In this document: positions 1-8,328 of the stretch, one piece after another
Position numbering within the stretch: position 1 is the first letter of the stretch
Layout of the letters: each line of letters opens with the position of its first letter
Assembly: GCA_041490745.1 (NCBI GenBank)
Contig: JBGPTS010000003.1
Coordinates: 1 to 50,618 of the forward strand
DNA: 50,618 nt
Source of the DNA: Candidatus Binatia bacterium
GTDB taxonomy: Bacteria > Desulfobacterota > Binatia > UBA9968
Reading direction: 5' to 3'
Position numbers and translations under genes: made by a program
The notes under the pieces: generated by a model
Database searches by the model: none
What the model saw: only the letters and a program-made list of their open reading frames with translations
What the model was told of the DNA's origin: nothing

Positions 1-45
1 AGAGAGATTCAAGAGATCTATGGGAACAAGTGAACCGCCGTGGCG

Positions 46-212
46 CGAGTAGCCCTCGTCACCGGCGGCGCGAGCGACTGCTGCGCAATCCGCTGGGTCA
101 TCTGATGCAGCCTGAAGACCTCGTCGGAGCAGTTCTCTTCCTCGTCAGCGATGGCGCAGCTTACATCATCGGCCCGGCGATCAACGTGAATTGCGGCACC
201 GTGATGATTTAG
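46..212 (+). pseudogene. Internally deleted short-chain dehydrogenase/reductase (SDR) remnant
   Basis: N-terminal SDR motif RVALVTGGAS (46-75) directly joined, out of frame, to a C-terminal SDR segment PLGHLMQPEDLVGAVLFLVSDGAAYIIGPAINVNCG ending at 212; the middle of the protein is absent. Confidence 0.7.
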
Positions 213-265
213 CGGCTGACTTCCCCAACCGGGAATCTGTTTGGCTGCCGACGAAATTAGCAGAG

Positions 266-427
266 ATGAACCTCAGAATATGGATAGCTGCAGTCGTTGC
301 AATAGGTTTGGCGATCTGGGCAATTTTGGATCCTCTCGTTGGTCGCGTGTTGGACGTGATCGCGACATTGCTTGTTGTATACGTGCTATTTGAGGTGTTT
401 GCCGGTCGTGGGACGTCGCGTCAGTAG
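266..427 (+). CDS. Small hypothetical membrane protein (2 TM)
   Basis: ATG at 266, 53 aa with two hydrophobic stretches. Confidence 0.5.
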   Translation: MNLRIWIAAVVAIGLAIWAILDPLVGRVLDVIATLLVVYVLFEVFAGRGTSRQ

Positions 428-640
428 GCATCTTTAGTCGCAGCGATCGCTTTGAGTAAACATTCCCGGCTCGCCAGGAACCTTCCACACATCTCTGTTT
501 GACACCCCAATCGCAGCGCAGTAAATTCCGATTAAACTTCGGGGGACACAATACTAAACCGATTCTTGTTAACTTCTGTGCGCCAGTGAGGTAGCCGTGA
601 AAATATGCATTGTGTCTTTCAGGATATTTTCGAGGTGTTC

Positions 641-1201
641 ATGCCGGACGCAACGGACTCAGAATTTCCAAAAGGTAAAGTAGCCCAGACGCTCCGCAAA
701 ATTCTCTATCCGCGACTTACCGACCACGAAGTGGAAGCTGTCGTGGTTTGCCTCATGTCGCACCTTTTAGTTGAGGATAAAATTAATCGAGTTCTCTACG
801 GATGGCTAAAACAAGACGCACCAGGATCGAAGGAGACTCAAAAAGTATCGAAGGCTGAAGCAGAATTGTTAGCGTGCATCGTGAATCTCGACTTCACCAA
901 AAAATATTTTCTTCTTAAACCCTTCTTTGCCTTACATTTTCCCCAGGAAGCAAAGAACGTCTTGAAAATCAACGACCTCCGAAATGAGATCTTCCATGGT
1001 CGAGCAATCGGTGACGCCAAGTTCAATGGCCAGCCTATATCGAAAGAAAAAACGGTCGAAGACATTTTTCTCGCGGCACAGGTCATCTCAATGGGACTCG
1101 ATAAGTTTGCAGAAATGATCGACGTTCCACATGCGAATGCTGAACGATGGGACAAGCGTCTCGCAGTGTTAGAGAGGCGCAAAGAAGATAAGTCGAAGTA
1201 A
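641..1201 (+). CDS. Hypothetical helical protein with HEPN-like RxxxxH motif
   Basis: AT-richer ORF; LRNEIFH motif and upstream HLLVE; ATG at 641 after GAGG (alternative start 605). Confidence 0.6.
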   Translation: MPDATDSEFPKGKVAQTLRKILYPRLTDHEVEAVVVCLMSHLLVEDKINRVLYGWLKQDAPGSKETQKVSKAEAELLACIVNLDFTKKYFLLKPFFALHFPQEAKNVLKINDLRNEIFHGRAIGDAKFNGQPISKEKTVEDIFLAAQVISMGLDKFAEMIDVPHANAERWDKRLAVLERRKEDKSK

Positions 1202-1291
1202 TAAACATAGTCCAACTTGGTAGCCACAAATCTCTATTTGACTCCCCGATTCTGTCGCAGTAAATTCCAACTATCGTTGGTTCGCGCTTTA

Positions 1292-1348
1292 AAGAGGAGG
1301 AGACAGAAATGTTTCGCTCGATTGGTTTGACAGAGACGCACATGGAAT
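1292..1348 (+). repeat. Diverged duplicate of the RBS and 5' end of the VOC gene (partner copy 1839-1895)
   Basis: 57 nt with 6 mismatches; MFRSIGLTETHME vs MLRSIGLTETHME. Confidence 0.9.
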
Positions 1349-1388
1349 ACCGGTGTTTAAGACAGGACGTTTATTTAGCCTGTGACGC

Positions 1389-1625
1389 GTGAAGTGCACA
1401 CGGTATTTCGAAGCATTACGCAGTCGTTCTGATCGTGCTATTATCCGAGACGCTTGGATCCAATATGTTATTGAACACCCGGTGAAGGAGGTGGTCCAAA
1501 AGGACGGTCGAATTCGGCGCTGGGCACAGATAGAAATGATGGAAGGAAAATTTTTGAGAGTTGTTTTGCTACCTGATGGAGAAACAGTGCACAACGCCTT
1601 TTTTGACCGATCATTCTCGCTATGA
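1389..1625 (+). CDS. Putative type II toxin (small RelE/DUF4258-like protein)
   Basis: 78 aa, coupled by ATGA overlap to a DUF2283-like gene; LRVVLLPDGETVHNAFFDR tail. Confidence 0.6.
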   Translation: MKCTRYFEALRSRSDRAIIRDAWIQYVIEHPVKEVVQKDGRIRRWAQIEMMEGKFLRVVLLPDGETVHNAFFDRSFSL

Positions 1626-1819
1626 AGATCAAATATTTTCAAGACACCGATACCCTTTATATCGAGTTCCGCGCCGTCGAGGTGGCGGAAACGAAAGACC
1701 TTGATGAGAATACTGTCCTTGACCTTGACCGGCAGGGCAATATCTGTGGAATCACCATTGAGCACGCCGGCGAACGAACCGACATCCCAAAGTTTTCCTA
1801 CGAGCAAATTACAACCTAA
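1622..1819 (+). CDS. DUF2283-family putative antitoxin
   Basis: MKIKYFQDTDTLYIEF...LDLDRQGNICGITIEHA pattern. Confidence 0.8.
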   Translation: MKIKYFQDTDTLYIEFRAVEVAETKDLDENTVLDLDRQGNICGITIEHAGERTDIPKFSYEQITT

Positions 1820-1855
1820 ACCACCGCTGCGGCTGCATAAGGGGAGGAGAGAGAC

Positions 1856-2704
1856 ATGCTTCGCTCGATCGGTTTGACCGAGACGCACATGGAATGTCGC
1901 TCGCTAAAGGACAGCGTGCCGGTGTTGACTGATCTGCTCGCGTTCGAGAAAGTCGGCGAGCGGCCGGGTGAAGCGACGTTCAAGCATCCGAACACGGCGT
2001 GGCTGCTCACCGTTCACGAAGCCCCCGAGGCGCCGGCGAAGCAGATGCACAACCACTGGGGCGTGCGCGTGAATACGCCGGCGGAGGTGGACGCGGCGTA
2101 CGAGTATCTCACCGCGCACAAAGAAAAATATCGCATCGATCAGATCGGCAAACCGAATTACAGTCACGGCTCTTATTCCGTTTACTTCCTCGAGCCCGGC
2201 ACGAACGGTTGGGAGATCGAATGCTATGCCGAGGCGCTGCGCAACGAGGCGTGGAAGACGAGGATCGGCGGCGTGCGCGCGCCGCACTGGGAAAAAGCAT
2301 TTCCGGCGGAGCGCTTTCCGGGAAGAGGATATGTCCCGCAGGGCTTCACGCATGGGACGCTGGCTACGAACGACTTGAAGAAATCTTGGGAATTTTACGA
2401 GAAGGCGCTCGGTCTGGAGGTCCATCAGGCCAATCCGCACGTTGTCTATATAAAACATCCCAAGACCAAGCCCTACATCGTCTGTGCCGTGCGCGAACAG
2501 TGGAGAAATTTTTCTCCCAACTTCCGCTTCACGATCGCTCTCGAATCCGACAACGCCGTCGAGGAAGCGCAGCGCTCGTTCGCCGCATCTGCTAAAGAGA
2601 TCGGCGTCACCGAGTTGCGCGGGTTGACGCGCAACGGCGCCCGCGTTTCATTTTTGCTCAGCGATCCCAATCGCCACTGGTGGGAGATCGCCTCGCCCAA
2701 TTGA
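1856..2704 (+). CDS. Two-domain VOC (glyoxalase/dioxygenase superfamily) protein
   Basis: Repeated VOC motifs HWGVRV...VDAAY, YFLEPGTNGWEIE, HGTL...SWEFY, SDPNRHWWEI; strong RBS GGAGG. Confidence 0.85.
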   Translation: MLRSIGLTETHMECRSLKDSVPVLTDLLAFEKVGERPGEATFKHPNTAWLLTVHEAPEAPAKQMHNHWGVRVNTPAEVDAAYEYLTAHKEKYRIDQIGKPNYSHGSYSVYFLEPGTNGWEIECYAEALRNEAWKTRIGGVRAPHWEKAFPAERFPGRGYVPQGFTHGTLATNDLKKSWEFYEKALGLEVHQANPHVVYIKHPKTKPYIVCAVREQWRNFSPNFRFTIALESDNAVEEAQRSFAASAKEIGVTELRGLTRNGARVSFLLSDPNRHWWEIASPN

Positions 2705-3738
2705 TGCCGCCTGACGAAAAGCCGGTTGCCGCGATGGGGCTGCGCGAGATCCGCGAAGTCGCGCGGCGAAAAATGCCTGAAGAGGCGTGGCATCACTTCA
2801 TGGGCGCGGCCGAGAGCGGCGCGACGCTGCGCCGCAACCAGCGCGCCTTCGGCCGGTTTCTTTTCCGCCAGAAAATTTTCCATGACATCACGCGGCCGGA
2901 CACGTCGATAGAACTTTTCGGCCGCAAGCTGCCGATTCCCGCGCTCGTCGCGCCCGTCGGCAGCTTCAGCCTCATCAGCGGCGACGCCGAACGACAAGTC
3001 GCCGAGGCCGCGGGCCGCGCGGGCGTCATGATGTTCGTCAGCCACGCGGCGAAGTTCGCCGTGCGGGATTGGGCTAACGCAACGACGGCGCCGCTCGTCT
3101 TCATGGGCTACTTGAGCCGCGGCAGGGCGGAAGTGTTGGCGCAAGCGAAGCAGGCGGAAGAACTCGGCTTTGCCGCGGTCGGGATCACCATGGACGTGGT
3201 GCAGCCGGTGAAGATCGGCGACGAGGTGCCGCTCTCGACGAAGGACGGCAAGCCGCGCAAGGGCCAGACGGCGTCGGTGAAAGACATCGAATGGCTCAAG
3301 CAGAATGTTTCGCTGCCGGTGGTTATCAAAGGCATCATGGGCGCGTCGGACGCGCGCGCCGCCGTCGAAGCCGGCGCCGACGCGTTGATCGTCTCCAACC
3401 ACGGCGGCAGGATTCTCGATTTCAACCGCGCGGCGGTCGAGGCGCTGCCCGAAGTGCTCGACGCCGTGGGCTCTAAAGTTACCGTTCTGCTCGACAGCGG
3501 CATCAGGACCGGCGGCGACATCGTCAAGGCGCTGGCGCTCGGCGCCAAAGCCGTTCTCGTCGGCCGGCCGATCGGCTGGGGCGTCGGCGCGGCGGGCGCG
3601 GAAGGCGTCGCGCGCGTGATCGATATCCTCTCCGAAGAAACCCGCCGCGTTCTCTACATGACCGGCGCCGCGTCGATTCGCGACGTAACACGGGCGATCC
3701 TTATCCATGAGCAAGCGGCGGGCGGAATCTTGTCCTAA
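2704..3738 (+). CDS. FMN-dependent alpha-hydroxy acid oxidase/dehydrogenase
   Basis: PVVIKGI, VSNHGGR, DSGIRTGGD, KALALGA motifs; TGATG coupling to VOC gene. Confidence 0.9.
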   Translation: MPPDEKPVAAMGLREIREVARRKMPEEAWHHFMGAAESGATLRRNQRAFGRFLFRQKIFHDITRPDTSIELFGRKLPIPALVAPVGSFSLISGDAERQVAEAAGRAGVMMFVSHAAKFAVRDWANATTAPLVFMGYLSRGRAEVLAQAKQAEELGFAAVGITMDVVQPVKIGDEVPLSTKDGKPRKGQTASVKDIEWLKQNVSLPVVIKGIMGASDARAAVEAGADALIVSNHGGRILDFNRAAVEALPEVLDAVGSKVTVLLDSGIRTGGDIVKALALGAKAVLVGRPIGWGVGAAGAEGVARVIDILSEETRRVLYMTGAASIRDVTRAILIHEQAAGGILS

Positions 3739-3750
3739 GGAGGGAGCGCG

Positions 3751-4308
3751 ATGCGGTGGTTCATTCTCGCGATCTTGATTCTGGCGATCCTCTGGGTCAT
3801 CGGGGCTTACAATCTCCTCGTCAGCCTGCGCAATCAAATCCAGAACGCGTGGAAGCAGATCGACGTCCAGCTCAAACGGCGCCACGATCTGATTCCCAAT
3901 CTCGTCGAGACGGTCAAAGGCTACATGAAATACGAGCAGCAGACGCTGGAGAAGGTGATGGAGGCCCGGAGCCGCGCCGTGGCATCGAGCGGCGTGAAAG
4001 AGACCGCGGCGGCGGAAAACGCTCTTACCCAATCTTTGGGAAGAATCTTCGCCTTGATGGAGAACTACCCGGAGCTGAAGGCCAACGAAAACGTTCTCCG
4101 CCTGCAAGAGGAGCTGACGACGACGGAAAATCAGATTGCTTTTGCCCGGCAGCACTACAACGATCTCGTGATGCGCTTCAACGTGCAGCAGGAAGTGTTT
4201 CCATCGAACCTGGTCGCGGGTTTCTTCAACTTCAAGCCGAGTGAATTTTTTGCCGTGCCGGAGGCGGAAAAGGACGCGCCGCGCGTCGATCTTTCATTGC
4301 CGGCGTAA
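3751..4308 (+). CDS. lemA: LemA family protein
   Basis: N-terminal TM; IDVQLKRRHDLIPNLV, YPELKAN, ENQIAFARQHYN, FPSNLVA. Confidence 0.95.
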   Translation: MRWFILAILILAILWVIGAYNLLVSLRNQIQNAWKQIDVQLKRRHDLIPNLVETVKGYMKYEQQTLEKVMEARSRAVASSGVKETAAAENALTQSLGRIFALMENYPELKANENVLRLQEELTTTENQIAFARQHYNDLVMRFNVQQEVFPSNLVAGFFNFKPSEFFAVPEAEKDAPRVDLSLPA

Positions 4309-4311
4309 GCG

Positions 4312-5283
4312 ATGGCGGATTTTCACAGCGGCGCGCGGGAAGATTTCTACGCGCGCCAGCGCAGCAACCGCCGCGCCAGCTTCTTCATTATTCTCGTCTT
4401 CTTTTTGTTGTTCTCGCTTATCGGCCTTTCCGTCGATCACCTGTATCTCGATTCGTTCAGCCGCGGCGGAGCGCCGCTGCCGATTGCCACTATCGTGGCG
4501 CTCGTCGTTGCCGTCGGCATCGCGCTTCTGTCGTACTATCAGGGCAGCGAAATGATTCTCGGTTCCCTCGGCGCGGAGGGATTGGACTTGAATTTGCCCG
4601 AGCATCGCGAGCTCAGGAACATCGTGACCGAGATGGCGCTCGCTTCCGGCGCGCCGATGCCGAAAATTTATGTCATCTTCGATCCCGCGCCGAACGCATT
4701 TGCCACCGGCAGGGACGAGCATCACGCGGCGATCTGCGTCACCACCGGCCTGCTCGCGATGCTTGACCGGGCGGAGACTCAGGGGGTCATCGCGCACGAG
4801 CTGGCGCACGTGCGCAACCGCGACACGCTTTTCATGGTGCTCGTCAGCGTGCTTTTCGGCAGCGTCGTGCTGCTTTCGGACTGGGCGCAGCGGAGTTTTT
4901 ACAGCTCGCGGACGCGGGACCGTCTTGCCGGTCCGAGCGCGCTGCTCGCGATTCCGGCGTTGCTTTTGATCGTCCTCGCGCCGCTCATGTCGCGGCTGCT
5001 CGCCATGGCGGTGTCGCGCCAGCGCGAATACCTCGCCGACTCGAGCGCGGTCGAATACACGCGCAATCCGCTCGGCCTCGCCAAGGCGCTGGAAAAAATT
5101 CGCGACGCCGCGCTGCCGCTTGGCCGCGCGAGCCGCGGCACGGCGCATCTTTTTTTCGTCAATCCGCTGCGCCGTCCGGTGAACGAGCGCGACGGCGCGC
5201 TGGCGGACTTGTTGAGCACGCATCCGCCCATCGCGCGCCGGATCATGCTGCTCCATCAAATGGCCGGTGCAGGCCGGCCATAA
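4312..5283 (+). CDS. htpX: M48 family zinc metalloprotease (HtpX-like)
   Basis: PNAFATG, HELAH, SRQREYLAD, STHPP; follows lemA. Confidence 0.9.
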   Translation: MADFHSGAREDFYARQRSNRRASFFIILVFFLLFSLIGLSVDHLYLDSFSRGGAPLPIATIVALVVAVGIALLSYYQGSEMILGSLGAEGLDLNLPEHRELRNIVTEMALASGAPMPKIYVIFDPAPNAFATGRDEHHAAICVTTGLLAMLDRAETQGVIAHELAHVRNRDTLFMVLVSVLFGSVVLLSDWAQRSFYSSRTRDRLAGPSALLAIPALLLIVLAPLMSRLLAMAVSRQREYLADSSAVEYTRNPLGLAKALEKIRDAALPLGRASRGTAHLFFVNPLRRPVNERDGALADLLSTHPPIARRIMLLHQMAGAGRP

Positions 5284-5397
5284 AGGTCCATCTACGGCGT
5301 CGCGCTTGATCTGCCTCGCTCGACGTACTGAAAAAAGTACGCATCCGCTCGTCAGATCGGCGCGCGCCTTGTAGCTGGATCCTTTCTGACCGGCCTG
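5270..5397. mobile_element. ~130-bp MITE-like repeat, copy 1
   Basis: 17-nt imperfect terminal inverted repeats (caggccggccataaagg / cctttctgaccggcctg); core cctcgctcgacgtac...agtacgc shared with 12177-12309 and 43899-44048. Confidence 0.75.
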
Positions 5398-5440
5398 GAG
5401 AGTTGAAGAGAAGAAAAGTCGAAGACTGGTCGAACCTATC

Positions 5441-6007
5441 GTGCAATGTCCTCACTGTAAGATCAAGATGAAAGAAGTCTCCGTCCGTGCCAATCCCGGC
5501 ACGCTGATCGTGCTCGACCAGTGCGGGAAATGCGGCGGCATCTGGTGCGACAAGTGGGAGCTGTTTCCGGTCGCTCCGGGCGAAGCGCAGCGGATCGATC
5601 CGGTGAACGAGGCGCTGCTTCAAAGTTCCGTCGCGCTGGAAGCGAAGCCGCTTTATTGTCCCAGATGCACGGCGGAGCTGCAGCTCTTTCACGATCCGCT
5701 TTTGCCCGGGGACATTCAGCTCCAGCGTTGCCGCAGATGCGACGGCATCTGGCTCAACCGCGGGCAGTTCAACCGCTATAAAAATTTTCAGCAGAAGACG
5801 CGGGACGAGAGGATGCCGGCGGAAGAGCGGCTCAAAAAACTGACGCAACGCGCGGAAGATCCGCGCGCGTGGGTGACGACCGGCACACAGGGGATTTTCG
5901 CCTATTCGCAGGGCGAGGCGGAGTCCGACGAGTGGAAATCGAGCACGCTCAAAGGCGCGTTCCGATTGATCGTGCAGACTTTGCTGCGGCTCGTCATCGG
6001 TTTTTGA
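5441..6007 (+). CDS. Protein with two TFIIB-type zinc ribbons (zf-TFIIB)
   Basis: CPHC...CGKCGGIWCD and CPRC...CRRCDGIWL. Confidence 0.8.
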   Translation: MQCPHCKIKMKEVSVRANPGTLIVLDQCGKCGGIWCDKWELFPVAPGEAQRIDPVNEALLQSSVALEAKPLYCPRCTAELQLFHDPLLPGDIQLQRCRRCDGIWLNRGQFNRYKNFQQKTRDERMPAEERLKKLTQRAEDPRAWVTTGTQGIFAYSQGEAESDEWKSSTLKGAFRLIVQTLLRLVIGF

Positions 6008-6015
6008 AAACGCTA

Positions 6016-6044
6016 TTGACGATTTTCCTTTCGCTCTGTAGTCT
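6016..6044 (+). promoter_or_regulatory. Putative sigma70 promoter of exbB-exbD
   Basis: TTGACG-17 nt-TAGTCT. Confidence 0.5.
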
Positions 6045-6068
6045 TGGGCTTCACCGAAGGGAGCCGGC

Positions 6069-6692
6069 ATGCAACAGGGACTTAACTTCTTCGAGATCAT
6101 CCACCGGGGGGCCATCGCCACCTACCCGCTGATCATTTTCTCGATCGTCAGTGTGGCGGTGATTCTCGAGCGCCTCTGGTCTCTGCGCAACATCGCCGCT
6201 GCAACCGAGCAGCTCGCCGACTCCATCCTCGACTCGGTCAAGGAGGGCCGAAAGGATCTTGCGATGGCGCTCTGCCGGCAGAGCCATCAGGCCGCGGCGG
6301 CGCGGATATTCCTCGCGGTTCTATCGCTGAACGGCGCGGACAGCCTGGAAAAATCGGCGGCTTTCGTGAACGAAGCGATGTTCGAAGAGGCGCAGAAGAT
6401 GAAGAAGTACCTGTGGATTCTCGGAACGGTCGCGAGCAGCGCGCCGTTCATCGGCCTGCTCGGCACCGTCATCGGCATCATCAAGTCGTTCGAAAACATG
6501 GCCGTCGTCGGCACTGGCGGCTTTACCGTAGTCGCGGCGGGGATTTCGGAAGCGCTCGTCGCCACTGCGCTCGGTCTCGGCGTCGCCATCATCGCGCTCG
6601 TCTTCTACAACTATTTCCAGGTTCGCGTCGGCAACTTGAGCGGCGCGTTCCGCATTCAGGCGATGAAGCTCCTGCAAAGCGTGGTCTCTTGA
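6069..6692 (+). CDS. MotA/TolQ/ExbB proton channel protein
   Basis: APFIGLLGTVIGII, GISEALVATALGLGVAI. Confidence 0.92.
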   Translation: MQQGLNFFEIIHRGAIATYPLIIFSIVSVAVILERLWSLRNIAAATEQLADSILDSVKEGRKDLAMALCRQSHQAAAARIFLAVLSLNGADSLEKSAAFVNEAMFEEAQKMKKYLWILGTVASSAPFIGLLGTVIGIIKSFENMAVVGTGGFTVVAAGISEALVATALGLGVAIIALVFYNYFQVRVGNLSGAFRIQAMKLLQSVVS

Positions 6693-6693
6693 C

Positions 6694-7125
6694 ATGGCTC
6701 TCGGCGGGCTGGATCAGAATCAAAACTCCGACAACATCGTCGCGGAGATCAACATCACTCCGCTGACCGACATCTTTCTCGTCCTGCTGATTATTTTCAT
6801 GATCACGAGCTCCGCGATCATCGAATCCGGCGGCAAAGTGAATCTCCCCGCGGCCGCGAAGACGGAGACCGCGCCGAGAGGCATCTCCGTAACCCTGACG
6901 CCGCAAAACGAAATTTACGTCAATCAGAAGAAAGTCACGAAAGACGGGCTCGAGGCCGCGGTGCGCGAGACGCTGAGCGCCGGGCCCGACAAGATCGTCA
7001 TTCTTCGCGGCGACCGCAACGTGCCTCTCGGGGAAGCGGTCTGGGTGTTGTCGGTGATCAAAAAGGCCGGGGCTTCCGAGATCGCCATCGCCGCGCAGGC
7101 GGAGGCACCTGGACGTAAGAAATAA
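6694..7125 (+). CDS. ExbD/TolR biopolymer transport protein
   Basis: EINITPLTDIFLVLLIIFMI, ILRGD. Confidence 0.92.
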   Translation: MALGGLDQNQNSDNIVAEINITPLTDIFLVLLIIFMITSSAIIESGGKVNLPAAAKTETAPRGISVTLTPQNEIYVNQKKVTKDGLEAAVRETLSAGPDKIVILRGDRNVPLGEAVWVLSVIKKAGASEIAIAAQAEAPGRKK

Positions 7126-7320
7126 ACTCGGAAAACGTCTCTTGTCTTCGTTCCATCTTGTGGTCACCTCTACGGCACGGCTCAGGTGAAACATTTTTGC
7201 TACTGAGAGTAGCAGAAGAGCTATCCTTTCAAAGCCCTCGCAATCCTCAAATACTACACGCCAAAAAAATTTCTACTGCGATTCCTGCGTCTTGACTTCG
7301 GTGAGTCACCTGCGCGAGTC

Positions 7321-7335
7321 TGGCACGGCCCTTGC
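7321..7335 (+). promoter_or_regulatory. sigma54 (-24/-12) promoter
   Basis: TGGCACGGCCCTTGC matches TGGCAC-N5-TTGC, 25 nt before the ATG at 7360. Confidence 0.7.
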
Positions 7336-7359
7336 GCTTCAACTGGAGTGGAGAAAACC

Positions 7360-8328
7360 ATGAAGAGAAGAATAGTGGTTTTGTTCGTGGCGACCCTGCT
7401 CTCGACTTTTGCGCATCTCGCCCAGGCGCAGCAGCCGAAGAAAGTTTCGCGGATAGGCTTTCTAGCTGGTGGCTCTCGTTCCGCCGACTCGCTCCTCTTA
7501 GAGACATTCTGGCAGCGAATGAAGGAGCTTGGCTATATCGAGGGGAAGAACATCACCGCTGAGTACCGTTTTGCTGAGGGAGCGTCTGAACGGTTGCCGA
7601 ACTACGCGGCGGAATTCGTGCGTCTCAATGTAGACATCATCGTGGCGCCGGGCTCAGGTGCCCGGGCTGCCAAGACGGCTACCAATACCATCCCCATCGT
7701 CTTAACGTATGGCGACCCCGTAGGTCAGGGTTTAGTCGTCGGCCTTGCGCATCCTGGCGGGAACGTCACAGGGTTGTCCGGCTTCGCTTCAGAGTTGGGC
7801 GGGAAGCAGTTGGAACTGCTAAAAGAAGCGTTTCCAAGAGTCTCCCGCGTGGCGGTCTTCTGGTGGCAGCAAAACGAACTCTTGTTGAGAGACACAAAAA
7901 GCGCAGCGCGGACATTGCGGATCACACTTCAAACCGTGGAACTGCGCGGCGTCGATGATTTGGAGCCTGCATTTTCCGCTATTAAGGCGGAGCGCGCTCA
8001 CGCCCTTCTCGTGGTACGGAATCCTTTCACCACTACTCACCGGACACGGATTGCGGACTTTGCGGCCAAGAGCCGACTGCCAGCAATGTATGGGGATAGG
8101 GAGTTCGTAGAGGCTAGCGGGCTCATGTCGTACGGCGTCGATATCGCTGACTTGTGGGGGCGCGCTGCTGTGTATGTGGACAAAATTTTAAAAGGCGCCA
8201 AGCCTGCAGACCTGCCGGTGGAGCAGCCGACGAAGTTCGAGCTGGTGATCAATTTGAAAGCGGCGAAGCAGATCGGCCTTACGATTCCGCCGAACGTGCT
8301 GGCGCGGGCGGACAAGGTGATCAGATGA
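7360..8328 (+). CDS. ABC_sub_bind-type substrate-binding protein, copy 1
   Basis: Signal peptide ..AQAQQ; LGYIEGKNI, PGGNVTG, GKQLELLKE, KILKGAKPADLPVEQPTKFELVINLK. Confidence 0.92.
   Translation: MKRRIVVLFVATLLSTFAHLAQAQQPKKVSRIGFLAGGSRSADSLLLETFWQRMKELGYIEGKNITAEYRFAEGASERLPNYAAEFVRLNVDIIVAPGSGARAAKTATNTIPIVLTYGDPVGQGLVVGLAHPGGNVTGLSGFASELGGKQLELLKEAFPRVSRVAVFWWQQNELLLRDTKSAARTLRITLQTVELRGVDDLEPAFSAIKAERAHALLVVRNPFTTTHRTRIADFAAKSRLPAMYGDREFVEASGLMSYGVDIADLWGRAAVYVDKILKGAKPADLPVEQPTKFELVINLKAAKQIGLTIPPNVLARADKVIR

Noticed and set aside
2473-4155. 560-aa minus-strand ORF, and similar long ORFs at 20847-22424, 25122-26504, 29634-31040 and 45224-46204
   Set aside because: Shadow frames of well-supported genes in high-GC DNA; Arg/Ala-rich with no recognisable motifs
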